Positions 1 to 13,104 of a stretch of DNA of 64,000 bases are shown here, piece after piece; position 1 is the stretch's first letter, and every line of letters starts with the position of its first letter. Under the pieces are notes generated by a model. The model worked only from the letters and a program-made list of their open reading frames with translations, was not told the DNA's origin and ran no database searches. Source of the stretch: Eledone cirrhosa (taxonomy: Eukaryota); contig OZ024751.1 of assembly GCA_964016885.1 (NCBI GenBank), forward strand, positions 9,920,001 to 9,984,000. Direction: 5' to 3'. The translations under genes were made by a program, and so were the position numbers.

Positions 1-484
1 ACTGTTGTTGGTGTTGGTGTTGCTGTTGTTGGTGTTGGTGTTACTGTTGTTGTTTTTGGTGGTGTTGCTGTTGTTGGTGTTGTTGATGTTACTGTTGTTG
101 GTATTGGTGTTACTGTTGTTGGTGTTGTTGGTGTTACTGTTGTTGGTGTTGTTGTTGGTGTTACTGTTGTTGGTGTTGTTGGTGTTACTGTTGTTGGTGT
201 TGTTGGTGTTACTGTTGTTGGTGTTGTTGGTGTTACTGTTGTTGGTGTTGTTGGTGTTACTGTTGTTGGTGTTACTGTTGTTGGTGTTGTTGGTTTACTG
301 TTGTTGGTGTTGTTGGTGTTACTGTTGTTGTTGTTGTTGGTGTAACTGTTGTTGGTGTTGTTGGTGTTATTGTTGTTGGTGTTGTTGGTGTTACTGTTGT
401 TGGTTTTATTGGTGTTACTGTTGTTGGTGTTGTTGGTGTTACTGTTGTTGGTGTTGTTAGTGTTACTGTTGTTGGTGTTATTAG

Positions 485-516
<32 letters not shown>

Positions 517-2184
517 TTGTTGGTGTTACTGTTGCTGGTGTTGTTGGTGTTACTGTTGTTGGTGTTGTTGGTGTTACTGTTGTTGGTGTTACTGTTGTTG
601 TTGTTGTTGGTGTTACTGTTGTTGGTGTTGGTGTTGCTGTTGTTGGTATTGGTGTTACTGTTGTTGGTGTTGTTGTTGTTACTGTTGTTGGTGTTGTTGG
701 TGTTACTGTTGTTGGTGTTGGTGTTGCTGTTGTTGGTATTGGTGTTACTGTTGTTGGTGTTGTTGGTGTTACTGTTGTTGTTGTTGGTGGTGTTACTGTT
801 GTTGGTGTTGGTGTTGCTGTTGTTGGTATTGTTGGTGTTACTGTTGTTGGTGTTGGTGTTGCTGTTGTTGGTGTTGTTGGTGTTACTGTTGTAGGTGTTG
901 TTGGTGTTACTGTTGTTCGTGTTGTTGGGGTTACTGTTGTTGGTGTTTCTGTTGTTGGTGTTGTTGGTGTTACTGTTGTTGGTGTTGTTGGTGTTACTGT
1001 TGTTGGTGTTGTTGGTGTTAATGTTGTTGGTGTTACTGTTGTTGTTGTTGTTGGTGTTACTTTTGTTGGTGTTGTTGGTGTTGGTGTTGGTGTTGCTGTT
1101 ATTGCTGTTGGTGTTGTTGGTGTTACTGTTGTTGTTGTTTTTGTTGTTATTGCTGTTGGTGTTGTTGGTGTTACTGTTGTTGGTGTTGTTGGTGTTACTG
1201 TTGTTGTTGGTGTTACTGTTGTTGTTGGTTTTGTTGTTATTGCTGTTGGTGTTGTTGGTGTTACTGTTGTTGGTGTTACTGTTGTTGTTGTTTTTTGTTG
1301 TTATTGCTGTTGGTGTTGTTGGTGTTACTGTTGTTGGTGTTGGTGTTACTGTTGTTGTTGTTGGTGTTACTTTTGTTGGTTTTGTTGGTGTTACTGTTGT
1401 TGGTGTTGGTGTTACTTTTGTTGGTTTTGTTGGTGTTACTGTTGTTGGTGTTGTTGGTGTTAATGTTGTTGTTGTTTTTGATGTTATTGCTGTTGATGTT
1501 GTTGGTGTTACTGTTATGGTTGTTTTTGTTGTTATTGCTGTTGGTGTTGTTGGTGTTACTGTTGTTGTTGTTTTTGTTGTTATTGCTCTTGGTGTTGTTT
1601 GTGTTACTGTTGTTGTTGTTTTTATTGTTATTGCTCTTGGTGTTGTTGGTGTTACTGTTGTTGTTGTTTTTGATGTTATTGCTGTTGGTTTTGTTGGTGT
1701 TACTGTTGTTGTTTTTGTTGTTATTGCTCTTGGTGTTGTTGGTGTTACTGTTGTTGTTGTTTTTGATGTTATTGCTGTTGGTGTTGTTGGTGTTACTGTT
1801 GTTGTTGTTTTTGTTGTTATTGCTGTTGGTGTTGTTGGTGTTACTATTTTTGTTGTTTTTGATGTTATTGCTGTTGGTGTTGTTGGTGTTACTGTTGTTG
1901 TTGTTTTTGTTGTTATTGCTGTTGGTGTTATTGGTGTTACTGTTGTTGTTTTTCTTGTTATTGCTGTTGGTGTTGTTGGTGTTACTGTTGTTGTTGTTTT
2001 TGTGTTATTGCTGTTGGTGTTGTTGGTGTTGGTTTTACTGTTGTTGTTGTTTTTAGTGTTACTGTTGTTGGTGTGTTGTTGTTGATGTCGTTGTTGTTTT
2101 TGATGTTATTACTATTGTTGGTGTTGTTGGTGTTACTGTTGTTGTTGTTTCTGATCTTACTGTTGTTCCTGGTGATGGTGATGC

Positions 2185-2227
<43 letters not shown>

Positions 2228-2451
2228 GCTGTTGTTGCTGTTGTTGTTGTCGTTGTTGTTCTTTTTGTTGTTGACGACGATGATATTGTTGTTGTTGTTG
2301 TTGTTGTTGACGATGACATTGTTGTTGGTGATGTTGTTATTGTCGTTGTTGTTGTCGTTGTTGTTGTTGTTGACGATGACATTGTTGTTGTTGATGTTGT
2401 TATTGTCGTTGTTGTTGTCGTTGTTGTTGACGATGACATTGTTGTTGTTGT

Positions 2452-2484
<33 letters not shown>

Positions 2485-2600
2485 CGTTGTTGTTGACGAT
2501 GACATAGTTGTTGCTGATGTTCATGATGAATTTGTTGTTATTGTTGTTTTTGTTTGTTATTCGTGTTGTTGTGGATGTTGTTGATATTGTTGCTTATGTT
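1..2600. repeat. (GTT)n-derived low-complexity/minisatellite tract (GGTGTTACTGTTGTT-like units)
   Basis: Continuous degenerate GTT/GGT/ACT triplets; the poly-L/V and poly-N/T ORFs here are artefacts. Confidence 0.95.
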
Positions 2601-2697
2601 GTTGATGCTGCTTACCCACCTAGGTAAACCCTGATCAACTTTAAATTATGTTCAAACATATCCCAGCCGTGACCATCATGTCTATTTTTTTCATATA

Positions 2698-2824
2698 CAG
2701 TAAAATTCCGTTATAACGAAATTCACAGAGTATAAAACGAGATCGACCAAACACATCGAACGTGTGGCCGGGGATTGAAAAATTTCGTTATATTGAAAAT
2801 TTCGTTATAACGGAATGTTATCTG
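2698..2824. mobile_element. Tc1/pogo (Tigger-like) MITE, ~127 bp
   Basis: TIRs CAGTAAAATTCCGTTATAACGAAATT / AATTTCGTTATAACGGAATGTTATCTG, flanked by TA on both sides. Confidence 0.75.
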
Positions 2825-2995
2825 TATTTTATATAGGATAACATTGTCTGTTTTTAGAAAGTATTGTTTTATTTGAGGGAGATTAGGCTACTATTTCTAG
2901 CAGAGCGAGAATAGATTCGTCGTTAGCTCCCATTAGTGTTTCTGTTAGTCACGAAGATGTTTTTATTTTTGCTGTTTCTATTTGTTTGTTGCTAC

Positions 2996-3300
2996 ATGAT
3001 GATGATGATGATGATGATGGTAATGATGATGGATATGATGATGATGATGATGATGATGGTGGTGGTGAAGATGATAATGATGGTGAAGGTAGCGGCTATG
3101 ATCATGATCATCAACATCATCTTCTTTGTCATCATCTTCATCATCGTCATCGTCCCCATCATCATCAACATAATTATCATCATCATCATCATCGTCATTG
3201 TCATCATCATCGTCATCATCATCTTCATCGTCATCATCATAATCATCATAATCCTCTTCATCACCATCATCATCGTCATTATCATCATTATCTTCATTGT
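2996..3300. repeat. (GAT)n/(CAT)n microsatellite
   Basis: Direct reading; orientation switches near 3100. Confidence 0.95.
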
Positions 3301-3310
3301 CACCGGTGGA

Positions 3311-3505
3311 TTCAGGCGGTGGATTGGCAGTATCGGTAGAGGGTCGGACGCCATGCTTTGACGCATAGAGTTACGGCCCTTGCCATTCTGAGTTCAAATC
3401 CCGCCGAGGTTAACTTTGCCTTTCATCCTTACGGCGTCTATAAAATAAAGTACCAGTAATGCACTGGGTAATTGCTGGCCTTGTGCCAAACGTAGAAACA
3501 ATTAT
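3311..3505 (+). mobile_element. tRNA-derived SINE, family 1
   Basis: A-box-like TGGCAGTATCGG, B-box GAGTTCAAATCC, central GCCTTTCATCCTTACGG..ATAAAATAAAGTACCAG, 3' end GTAGAAACAATT; >10 copies in window. Confidence 0.85.
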
Positions 3506-3544
3506 CTTCATTATCATCCTCATCATCATTGTCATCATCATCAT

Positions 3545-4840
3545 AAAAAAAAAAATCAAAAATTGGAAAAAATCGAAAAAATCGAAAAAAATCGAAAAAA
3601 TCGAAAATGATCGAAAACATTGAAAAAATTGAAAAAATTGAAAAACCCCCCAACAAGGAAAAATTCGAAAAAGATGAAAAAAATTGATAAAGTGAAAATA
3701 TAATAAGATGGTAAAAATGAAAAAAATAATAAGAATGAAAAGATCGAAAAAAATCGAAAAGATGAAAAAATCGAAAAATCGAAACAACGAAAAATTCGAA
3801 AAAATGAAAAAAATGAAAAAATCGTAAGAAATCCTAAAACTGAAAAGATTTGAAAACGTGAAAAAAATTTAAAAAATTGAAAAGATGAAAAAATTGAAAA
3901 ATACGAAAAAATTCAAAAAAATCGAAAGATCCAAAAGTCAAAATATCGAAAAAAATTCGCAATTCGTAAAAATAAAAATATCTCAAAAATTGAAAAGGTC
4001 AATAAACTCAAAAAATCGAAAATTCGATTCTTTCGATTTTTCGAATTTATTTTATTTTTTGATTTTGATTTTGTCGATTTTTCGATCTTTTCTAATTTTC
4101 TACTTTTCATTTTTTATTTTTTTCCATTTTTTTTTTTTATTTTCAATTTGTTCGAATCTGCGATTTTCCGATTTTTCCATTTTTCCATTTTGGGGTATTT
4201 TTTCGTTTTTTTCAATATTTCGATTTTATCGATTTTTCGATTTTTTCGATTTTCGATGTTTTCGTTTTTTCAATCTTTCATTTTTTTTTTCGTTTTTTTC
4301 CTTATTTCGATTTTTTTCATTTTTTTCCCGATTTTTTTAATTTTTTCGATTTTTTCGATTTTTCGATTTTTTAGAATATGCGCTTTTCAGATTTTTCATT
4401 TTTTCAACTTTTTGATTTTTTATTTTTTAAATTTTTCGATTATTTCATGTTTTCGATTTATCGAATTTTGATCTTTCGGTTTTTAGATTTTTCCGATTTT
4501 TCAATTTCGATTTTTCCGATTTTTCTTCATCACCATCGTCTTCTTCAATTTTTCGATTTTATCGATTTTTCTATTTTTTCGATTTTCAATTTTTTCATTT
4601 TTTCAATTTTTCATTTTTTTTTTCGATTTTTTCCTTATTTCGATTTTTTTCATTTTTTCACGATTTTTTGTAATTATTTCGATTTTTTCGATTTTTCGAT
4701 TTTTTTGAATATGCGATTTTCAGATTTTTCATTTTTTCAACTTTTTGATTTTTGATTTTTTCAATTTTTCGATTATCGAATTTTGATCTTTCGATTTTTC
4801 GATTTTTCCGATTTTTCAATTTCGATTTTTCCGATTTTTC
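3545..4840. repeat. (AAAAATCG)n/(CGATTTTT)n low-complexity satellite with a strand flip near 4025
   Basis: A-rich TCGAAAA units then T-rich TTTTCGA units; internal duplication ~4300-4545 / ~4633-4860. Confidence 0.85.
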
Positions 4841-5337
4841 TTCATCACCATCGTCTTCTTCATCATCAACATCGTCGTCATCATCATCATTATAATCATC
4901 ATCGTCTTCATCATCATCGTCTTCTCCATCATGATCATAATCATCATATCATCATCATCATCATCATCATCTTCACTTTCGTCTTCTCCATCGTCATCAT
5001 CGATGATGATGATGACGATGCTGATGATGATGGCAATTATCATGATCATCATCGTTGTCATTATCGCCATCATCATCATAATCATCATCATTAACATCAT
5101 CGTCATCACCATCATCGTCTTCTTCATCATCATCTAATCATCATCATCATCATCTCCATCGTCTTCTTCATCTTCATCATCAATGATGAAGATGAAGAAG
5201 ACGATGACGATAATGACAAAGATGATGGAGATGAGGACGATTATGATGGTGATGATGATGATGATGATGATGACGATGGTGACGATGATCAACATGACGA
5301 TGATCAACATGACGATGATGATGATGATGATGATGAC

Positions 5338-5383
<46 letters not shown>

Positions 5384-5610
5384 TTGATGATGACGATGAT
5401 GATGACGATGATGACGATGGTGACGATGATCAACATGACGATGATGACAATGATGATGACGATGACGATGATGACGACGATGATGATGACGATGACGACG
5501 ATGATGATGATGATGATGACGATGATGATGATGACGATGATGATGACGATGGTGACGATGGTGACGATGATCAACATGACGATGATGACGATGATGATGT
5601 CGATGATGAT

Positions 5611-5651
<41 letters not shown>

Positions 5652-5827
5652 TGATGACGATGATGACGATGGTGACGATGGTGACGATGATCAACATGAC
5701 GATGATGACGATGATGATGATGATGACGATGATGATGATGACGATGATCAACATGACGATGATGATGACGATGATCAACATGACGATGATGATGACGACG
5801 ATGATGATGACGATGACGATGACGATG
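4840..5827. repeat. (CAT)n then (GAT/GAC)n microsatellite
   Basis: Direct reading. Confidence 0.95.
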
Positions 5828-6290
5828 CAGCTCTCCACACTCACTGTTCCATCAACTGCCAACTTTTCTTTTTCCTTCAATTTGCTTTCGTTAGTTTCAA
5901 TTAGAATAATTGCTAATGCGAGATTCTTTTTTAATGAAGTACCAGATTCACAGAGAGGACGTTAAATGCTTCTCTTGTTGTCTTCACGGTTTTTTGTTTT
6001 GTTTTGTTTTTTTTTGGCTTTTTTTATTTGTTTATTTGTTTAGTAATCATCTTGTTGTTGTTGTTTCTTCGTGTTGTTGTTGTTTTATATTTTATTTTGT
6101 TGTTGTTGGTGGTGGTGTTGTTGTTTGGTGTTTTTCTATGCAATATTCATGCATCTTTGTATGATCTTGTTTCAAAGATATTATTTTCGGACTAAAGCCT
6201 CGTTGATAGCAATTTCTTTCTTGTTTAGTTTTTTATTTTATTTTTTGGCTATATTTCTCATACTTTTTTGTTTTCTTTTATTATTATTAT

Positions 6291-6470
6291 TTGGCAGTAT
6301 CGGTAGAGGGTTGAACGACATGTCTTATAGCATAGTTACGTCCCTTTACGGTCTGAGTTCAAATCCCGTCGAGGTTAACTTTGCCTTTCATCCTTACGGG
6401 GCCGATAAAATAAAGTACCAGTAATGCACTGGGTAATTGCTGGCCTTGTGCCAAAAATGTAGAAACAATT
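6291..6470 (+). mobile_element. SINE family 1
   Basis: Same boxes and body as 3311-3505. Confidence 0.85.
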
Positions 6471-6575
6471 ATTATTATTATCATTATTATTTCGTTTATT
6501 TTTCGTCATAATTTCTTTTTCACTCAATTTACCATTTTATTTTAATCTATTTCTTTTATATTATATTAGGCTGTC

Positions 6576-6587
6576 TTCTCTCTCTCT

Positions 6588-6666
<79 letters not shown>

Positions 6667-6800
6667 AATCTATCTATTTATCTCTCTCTCTCTCTCACAC
6701 TCTCTCTCTCTTTCTCAATCTATTTATCTATATCTATCACTATCTATCTATTTATCTCTCACTCTCTCTATCTATCTATCTCCCTATCTATCTACTACAT
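6576..6800. repeat. (CT)n/(CTAT)n microsatellite
   Basis: Direct reading. Confidence 0.95.
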
Positions 6801-7316
6801 TTTATTTTGTGCATCCTTCCTTTATTTTTTTACTAAAGTCGTCTGCTTTCTTCAAAAGAATATTTTATCATATGAATTATTTTTTTCGTCTTGCTAAGAC
6901 ACACAAATATAATACTAAGAACAAGTTCAAATCGAATAAGCAACGGTACAGTTACTTGTTCTCTTTTTCATCATTCTCTTTCAATTGCTCTCTCATTCAT
7001 TCTCATTCTCTTTTTTTCTTTCGGTGAATAAGTGTTTATTTGCTTTTATTTGTTGTTATTTTTTTTTTCAATATTATTAAGGATCGGCATACTAGCGAGA
7101 TTTCGTCAATTTTTACTGTTTTCTTTTTCTTTTTCTGCTTCTTTGTTTTTGTTAATTTCTTTCTCGTTTTCTTTCTTTTTCAGTTTAATAGACTTGCTTT
7201 TATATAAATTGTGTAACTAAAAACAAAATGAACAACAGTCGTGTGAGAACAGATAAAAACAACGATGACATGAAAGATTTGAATTTTTTCGTTTTTTTTT
7301 TATCTCTTTAACATCC

Positions 7317-7430
7317 TCGTGTGGCTGAGTGGTTGGAGAATTGGATTCGCAATCGTGAGGTTGTGAGTTCGATTCCTGGACCAGCCGATGCGTTATGTCC
7401 TTGAGCAAGACACATTATTTTACGTTGCTC
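7317..7430 (+). mobile_element. tRNA-derived SINE, family 2
   Basis: A-box GTGGCTGAGTGG, B-box GAGTTCGATTCC, then GTCCTTGAGCAAGACAC (CORE-like); diverged inverted copy at ~24185-24305. Confidence 0.7.
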
Positions 7431-8030
7431 CTTCTACCTGGAGTTGCGACAGATAGATAGTATTAGCAATTGGAAAGACCAACGGAAACATTGTTTCCTC
7501 GGTCCGATTTGACGAAAGTCGATCGTTCCTTTATCATCCGAACGGTTTCGGTATATGGCGGAATTTATGGCAGAGGGGTTGAGAAGTTAACTCCACAAAT
7601 ACCACATGGTTCCGACTTTGGTGTCAATGCATTGCATGACGTCTAGTGCATAGCAAGAGTTCTCTACCATAAACTCAGTTTAATATTGCGTGAATAAAAT
7701 ATAAACTTTTTGGAAGATCGTTATATATATATGTGGGGGGGGGGCGTGTGTGCGAGTGCGTCTTCATATATATATATATGTGCGTGTATGTGTGTATTTG
7801 TGTATTGAAAAAGCAAATTAAAACAAAGGTCGATGTTAGTTTCTTTAGTTTCACAGATACACACATATATAATCATCATACATATTATATATGTTATGAT
7901 AACTTAAATGTTATATATATATATACACACAGATAAATCCACCAATTAATGGTAGGTTCTACGCTTGTAATATATTTTACATAGATCAATAATAGAATGG
8001 ACATACGGGGAACTACCGTATTTATTGCTA

Positions 8031-8962
8031 TCATGGTATGATAGCAATAAATACCAGAGTGTAATGTTCATCAATACAACCCCTAGAGGTGAATTAGCTT
8101 ACAAATTTAGAAGGGCCCTAGATAAACATAAACTCAATATTAAGATAGTAGAAAGACCAGGTACCTCCGTAAAAACACTTATTAGCAAGACATACCCTTT
8201 TCAAAGACCCTCATGTATAGATAAGAAATGTATAACCTGTAAAATAAGCCCCCATATTAACTGTAAAACTAGAAATGTAGTGTATAGCATAAGATGTACT
8301 GAAGGACAATGTAGAGACAAAAATATAGTGTACATAGGTGAGACAGCTCGTAGTGTAGGGGAACGGATAAATGAACACTGGCGAGACCTTCAAGATAGTA
8401 AAGAATCATCTGTACTCTACCAACATGCTAAAATAGAACACAAGGGTAAATTAGAGAACATAGAAATAAAAATAGAATCTACACACAGAAAAGACGCAAT
8501 GTTTAGACAAATCACAGAGGCAATAAACATAAAAGAATTACAACCAAAATTAAATAGAAAATATGAGTGGAACAGCAACATCACAACTTACAATTAAGGA
8601 CAAAATGAAAACACACACACACATAGAACAAACAACCAACCAGTAACATGTAAATAAACAAATAAATAAATGAACATAAACACACACAGACACCCGGATG
8701 TGGCGCATGCGCAGACTGAGCACACAACACACACACAGAAACAAAATGGCGTAGGACAGAACAAAGAAAGGAATCCCCAGTCACTGAAGAAGTCACAGAG
8801 TGTGAACGAAAAAACTATGACAATATATAAACAACTATCTGGTTGTGGAACCAACCAACCAACCAGAAATTTATAAATTTATTATAAATTTATTATAATA
8901 AATTGAAGTGAAAGCAACTGGTGCGTGTGTTTCTTATTGGCAACATGACCCTCCCAAAGTAT

Positions 8963-8968
<6 letters not shown>
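8031..8968 (+). mobile_element. Penelope-like element family A, 5'-truncated (GIY-YIG domain plus 3' pseudo-LTR)
   Basis: ORF 8025-8597: CIDKKCITC, NVVYSIRC..VYIGET, RQITEA..LNRKYEW; near-identical to 32601-33600 (-) and to the window end; ends in (TA)n. Confidence 0.92.
8780..8821 (+). ncRNA. Type-I minimal hammerhead ribozyme, family A (degenerate)
   Basis: GTCA-CTGAAGA-A-GTCACA..TGTGAAC-GAAA-AAAC-TA-TGAC. Confidence 0.6.
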
Positions 8969-9039
<71 letters not shown>

Positions 9040-9041
<2 letters not shown>

Positions 9042-9573
9042 GTATATGCTGGCATACAAGTCGATCAGGCACATAGGTCGACCCCTAAAATTCTGATTTG
9101 TAATTCAGGTTTAGCCCTATATTCGCCAGATAAGACGACCCAAAAGAATAAGGCAGTTGCAGGGGAAATAATTCAAAAATGTTAGTGGCGAGCTAAAAGC
9201 TAAGACACTTCTAAAATATTTGAGTTGCAAGTGAGTTCTACCTCACTGAGTAAACCAGTCTAGCCTAACCTTAACGAACCTATGGTAACCTAGACTGTGG
9301 TAACCCACCCTATAGTAACCTAGACTATGAGCTACGGCAAATCATTGATACTGTTATCATCTCTACTTTAAATAGACTTAAGAAATCTGAGATAATTGTG
9401 GTGGGTTATTAGAGTTATGGTAAGTGGTGTACAACGAGTGTTAGGTAGACAGTTTCACTGTTTACCCCTCAGTGGTAAAGGTTCACATTTTATTTTCGGC
9501 GGACAAGTCGACTCCTGGTTTTGAAGAGATAATGTTAGGCTCCAACTGTCGACTTGTACGCTGGCGTATACGG
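9040..9573. mobile_element. Non-autonomous Tc2/pogo-like DNA transposon (MITE)
   Basis: Imperfect TIRs CCGTATATGCTGGCATACAAGTCGA / TCGACTTGTACGCTGGCGTATACGG, between (TA)n tracts. Confidence 0.65.
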
Positions 9574-9689
9574 CGTATATATATATATATAATAAATTTA
9601 AGGTATCGTAACATATATAATATGTATGATGATTATGTTTCTCAGTAGAAGACCACAATGGATATTTGTCCAGAGCATCAATAATTCCT

Positions 9690-10525
9690 GTTCCAAATTC
9701 TTAATTTGTTGAGCTGCTTATACTGTGACTAGTACTTCGCTATTATTTCTAGTGGACACGACATCCAGTCCTATTTGTCTCTGCCACCACTGTTAACTAA
9801 CTCTCGGATCACGTCAGCTATATAGGTATTTTGTACTCTACTGGAAATTATCCAAAGTCGATTCCTCTGATGATTAGTTTCGCGTAATGAACCATATATC
9901 GTTTGAGAAACACATAGTATGTTGTACATATATATAAAGCACATAATATTTAGGAAAATTACATACTTTAAGATGGAAAAGTTCTTATTTTTCATAGTTC
10001 GTAAACCGAAGCAAGAATTGATCTAAGTAATCTATGTATCGATTTTGGTAAAGCTATAGAAGACGCGAAACTAATCATCTGAGGAATCGTTTTGGATAAT
10101 TTCTAGTAGAGTACAAAATACCTATATAGCTGTCGTGATCCGAGAGTTAGTTAACAGTGGCGGCAAAGACAAATAGGACTGGATGTCGTATCCACTAGAA
10201 ATAAGAGGGAAGTACTAGTCACAGTATAAGCAGCTCAACAAATTAAGAATTTGGAACCGTTATAGACTAATTAAAGTATCATAATATATGCAATATGTAT
10301 TATGATTATGTTTCTCAGTAGAAAAGCTACGTCTTGTGTAGCTTTAAATCTGTAGTTGGTAATCGATAATCGATTACGTAGATAGATGCATGCTTCGGTT
10401 TACAAACTATGAAGCGGTACTATAAGGAAAATATTAACTTTTCCATTTCAAGTATGCACTTTTTCCGAAATAGTATGCGCTATATCTATATATACAAGAT
10501 ACTATGTCTTTCTCAAACAATATAT
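9690..10525. repeat. Nested inverted duplications
   Basis: 9690-9885 inverted at 10063-10257; 9893-10062 inverted and more diverged at 10330-10525; short direct repeat 9622-9650 / 10294-10323. Confidence 0.8.
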
Positions 10526-10662
10526 AGCTTTCTTTCTCTCTCGATATATATACATATTTTTTTCATTTCTTCACACACAGGCATTGCACGATAGAATTAA
10601 TAAATAATTATTAATAATGTTCTATCGTGCAGTGGCCATAATCGATAACGAGGGGGCAGCCA

Positions 10663-10703
<41 letters not shown>

Positions 10704-10905
10704 AGTGGAAGCTTAATAAAATCGAAGCTTTGGCTGTGTCTAAGCAAAGTCGACCTACAATAAGGAATGAGTTGGCAAAGCACTCAATAAGGGTAGGTCC
10801 TTAGAGTAATAACATACGTTTAAATTGACAAATTGAACATTGCGGTAGATATATATATATTTGTTTTTTTTTATTTCTGTTTACTTTTTACACACACACA
10901 GACAG

Positions 10906-11036
<131 letters not shown>

Positions 11037-11166
11037 AATAGACGAATTTTGTTATATATATTTTGAAGATGTAAAGGTTTATGCATAACATAAAGCAAAA
11101 CATGTTCTCTTCAGACAAAGTACATAGGAGACGTATAATTTTTCATTGATTTATATATATATATAT

Positions 11167-11535
11167 ATTTCGTTTCTGAATTTGTTTAGCAAGATTCTTT
11201 ATCTGAAAACGTGTGTTGAAACCGATATTGTTATACAGACACCCGGATGTAACACATGCGCAAACTAAGCACACAACACACACAAAAACAAGCTGGCGTA
11301 AGACAGAACAAAGGAAAGGCACAAAACAAAGAAAAGAATCCCCAGTCACTGAAGAGGTCACAGAATGTGTGACGAAAGAACTTTGACAATATATGAACAA
11401 CCGTCCGGTTGTGGACCCAACCAACCAACCGGAAATTTATAAATTCTTAAATTTATAAATTTAATTTATAATAAATTGGAGTGAAAGCAACTGGTGCGTG
11501 TGTTTCTTATTGGCAATATGACCCTCCCAAAGTAT

Positions 11536-11541
<6 letters not shown>
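11167..11541 (+). mobile_element. Solo pseudo-LTR of PLE family A with an inverted 5' extension
   Basis: 11236-11541 matches 8687-8968; 11167-11235 is the reverse complement of the ORF start at ~60843-60914; (TA)n on both sides. Confidence 0.88.
11345..11387 (+). ncRNA. Type-I minimal hammerhead ribozyme, family A
   Basis: Stem I GTCA/TGAC; CTGAAGA; extra G; stem II GTCACA/TGTGAC; GAAA; stem III AG/CT; cleavage triplet CUU. Confidence 0.75.
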
Positions 11542-11591
<50 letters not shown>

Positions 11592-11900
11592 CTATATAAC
11601 AATGAGAGAGTGGTAAGATACCAGGTGGACCATAACGCACCCGAGTACTCAATACTTAGGGTAGTAGAGTGGGTAATAGGAAAAGAGTCAGGACCTCGAC
11701 AGCTGTCGAAATGGCCGGAGTTCAGCCGTCGGCGTCCTGACTATTTTCATATATATATATATATATATTTAAAAGTTAAATAAGGTTCAATGGATAAATC
11801 AAAAAATAAAGTTTTACAATAGATTAGAAGCACTCCATGAAGTCTACCATTACTGAATTGTAACCATCTACTTAGCCAGGGTATGTCATGCATCATCTTA

Positions 11901-11963
11901 TTTTATCTGATGAGGACGTACTGTTGAAGATAGCTCAGTTCCTCTGAAATAAGTATAATAAAA
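11901..11963 (+). ncRNA. Hammerhead ribozyme, family E
   Basis: TTTTAT-CTGATGA-GGAC..TCT-GAAA-TAAGTA-TA-ATAAAA; homologous copy at 32258-32314. Confidence 0.6.
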
Positions 11964-12004
11964 TATACTTGGTCACACGAATGTCTATTTTTGTTAATAT
12001 TGAA

Positions 12005-12041
<37 letters not shown>

Positions 12042-12629
12042 CTGATTTGCAATTATATTATTCTGTTGATTGGTTAATTATTTGTGTTTGTTTTATGACA
12101 TCTAGTTGAGAGCTTATCATGATAATTAGCGGAAATTAAAATATTTCCTTTCGCTAGCATTTTGAATGACCCGCCTAAAACCGGGGGTTATTTCCCTTGC
12201 CGGAATTAACACGTGATAACTATAGATACGATTAGCAGCCGCATGGAGCAGCAACATATAATTTATCACTCCAGTCCTAGGCAGAACGAAATACCTGTTG
12301 ATAAACTGAATTCACCGTTCGATCACCAATACCATGAGCTTGCCATTCACGTAAGTCTGATATTTGATTTCGGATTCAAAGAAACACTTTAAACGATTGT
12401 TCGTTTGATTTGTCCAGGTGTACTTTTCTCAACCTGATTAGTTCTATCGTTACTTTGGTATATATTGTGTGTTAGTTTCGTTTACCACAATGTTCGATTT
12501 GTCAAGCTATTTAAATGTATGTTATTACTCTAAGGTCCTATCTTATCGAGTGCTTTGCTAACTCATCATTTCATATAAGTAGGCCGAATTTACTTGCAAA
12601 CCGCCAGAGATTCGATTTTACTGATTTCC

Positions 12630-12683
<54 letters not shown>

Positions 12684-13104
12684 AAGCTCCATCGAATTTT
12701 TTAATCTATAAAAAAAAGATAGTGTAAATAATAAGGCATATAAGCCCCCTTTAATGGAAAAAAATGGATATTAGCACCTGCGGGACTGGAATCCACCCCT
12801 GACATCTTTATGCTGGCCGGGTAGAAACGCTACCATTACACCAAATTACCCGTCAGTTTTATATATGTATATATGTATGAATATATGTATGAATATATGT
12901 ATGAATATATGTATGAATCCAACATGATACTTAAAAGGGTCCACATGATTTTATAAAATTATCATCATCATCATCATCATGGGCCCTTAACGATTTTCGG
13001 AGTCGTTGGAACACTGCAGTGTTGAGCGCTGCACCAATTGCCTCTATTCAAAGCGGTGCTTTGGTTGTGACAAAATTATTTCCTATCCACTCAGTTATGT
13101 TTTC

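Noticed and set aside
5-5965. Long poly-L/V/M/I/H ORFs as genes
   Set aside because: Translations of triplet microsatellites that lack stop codons
12778-12852. tRNA gene on the minus strand
   Set aside because: A/B-box-like motifs are present but I could not build a clean cloverleaf; more likely a decayed SINE head
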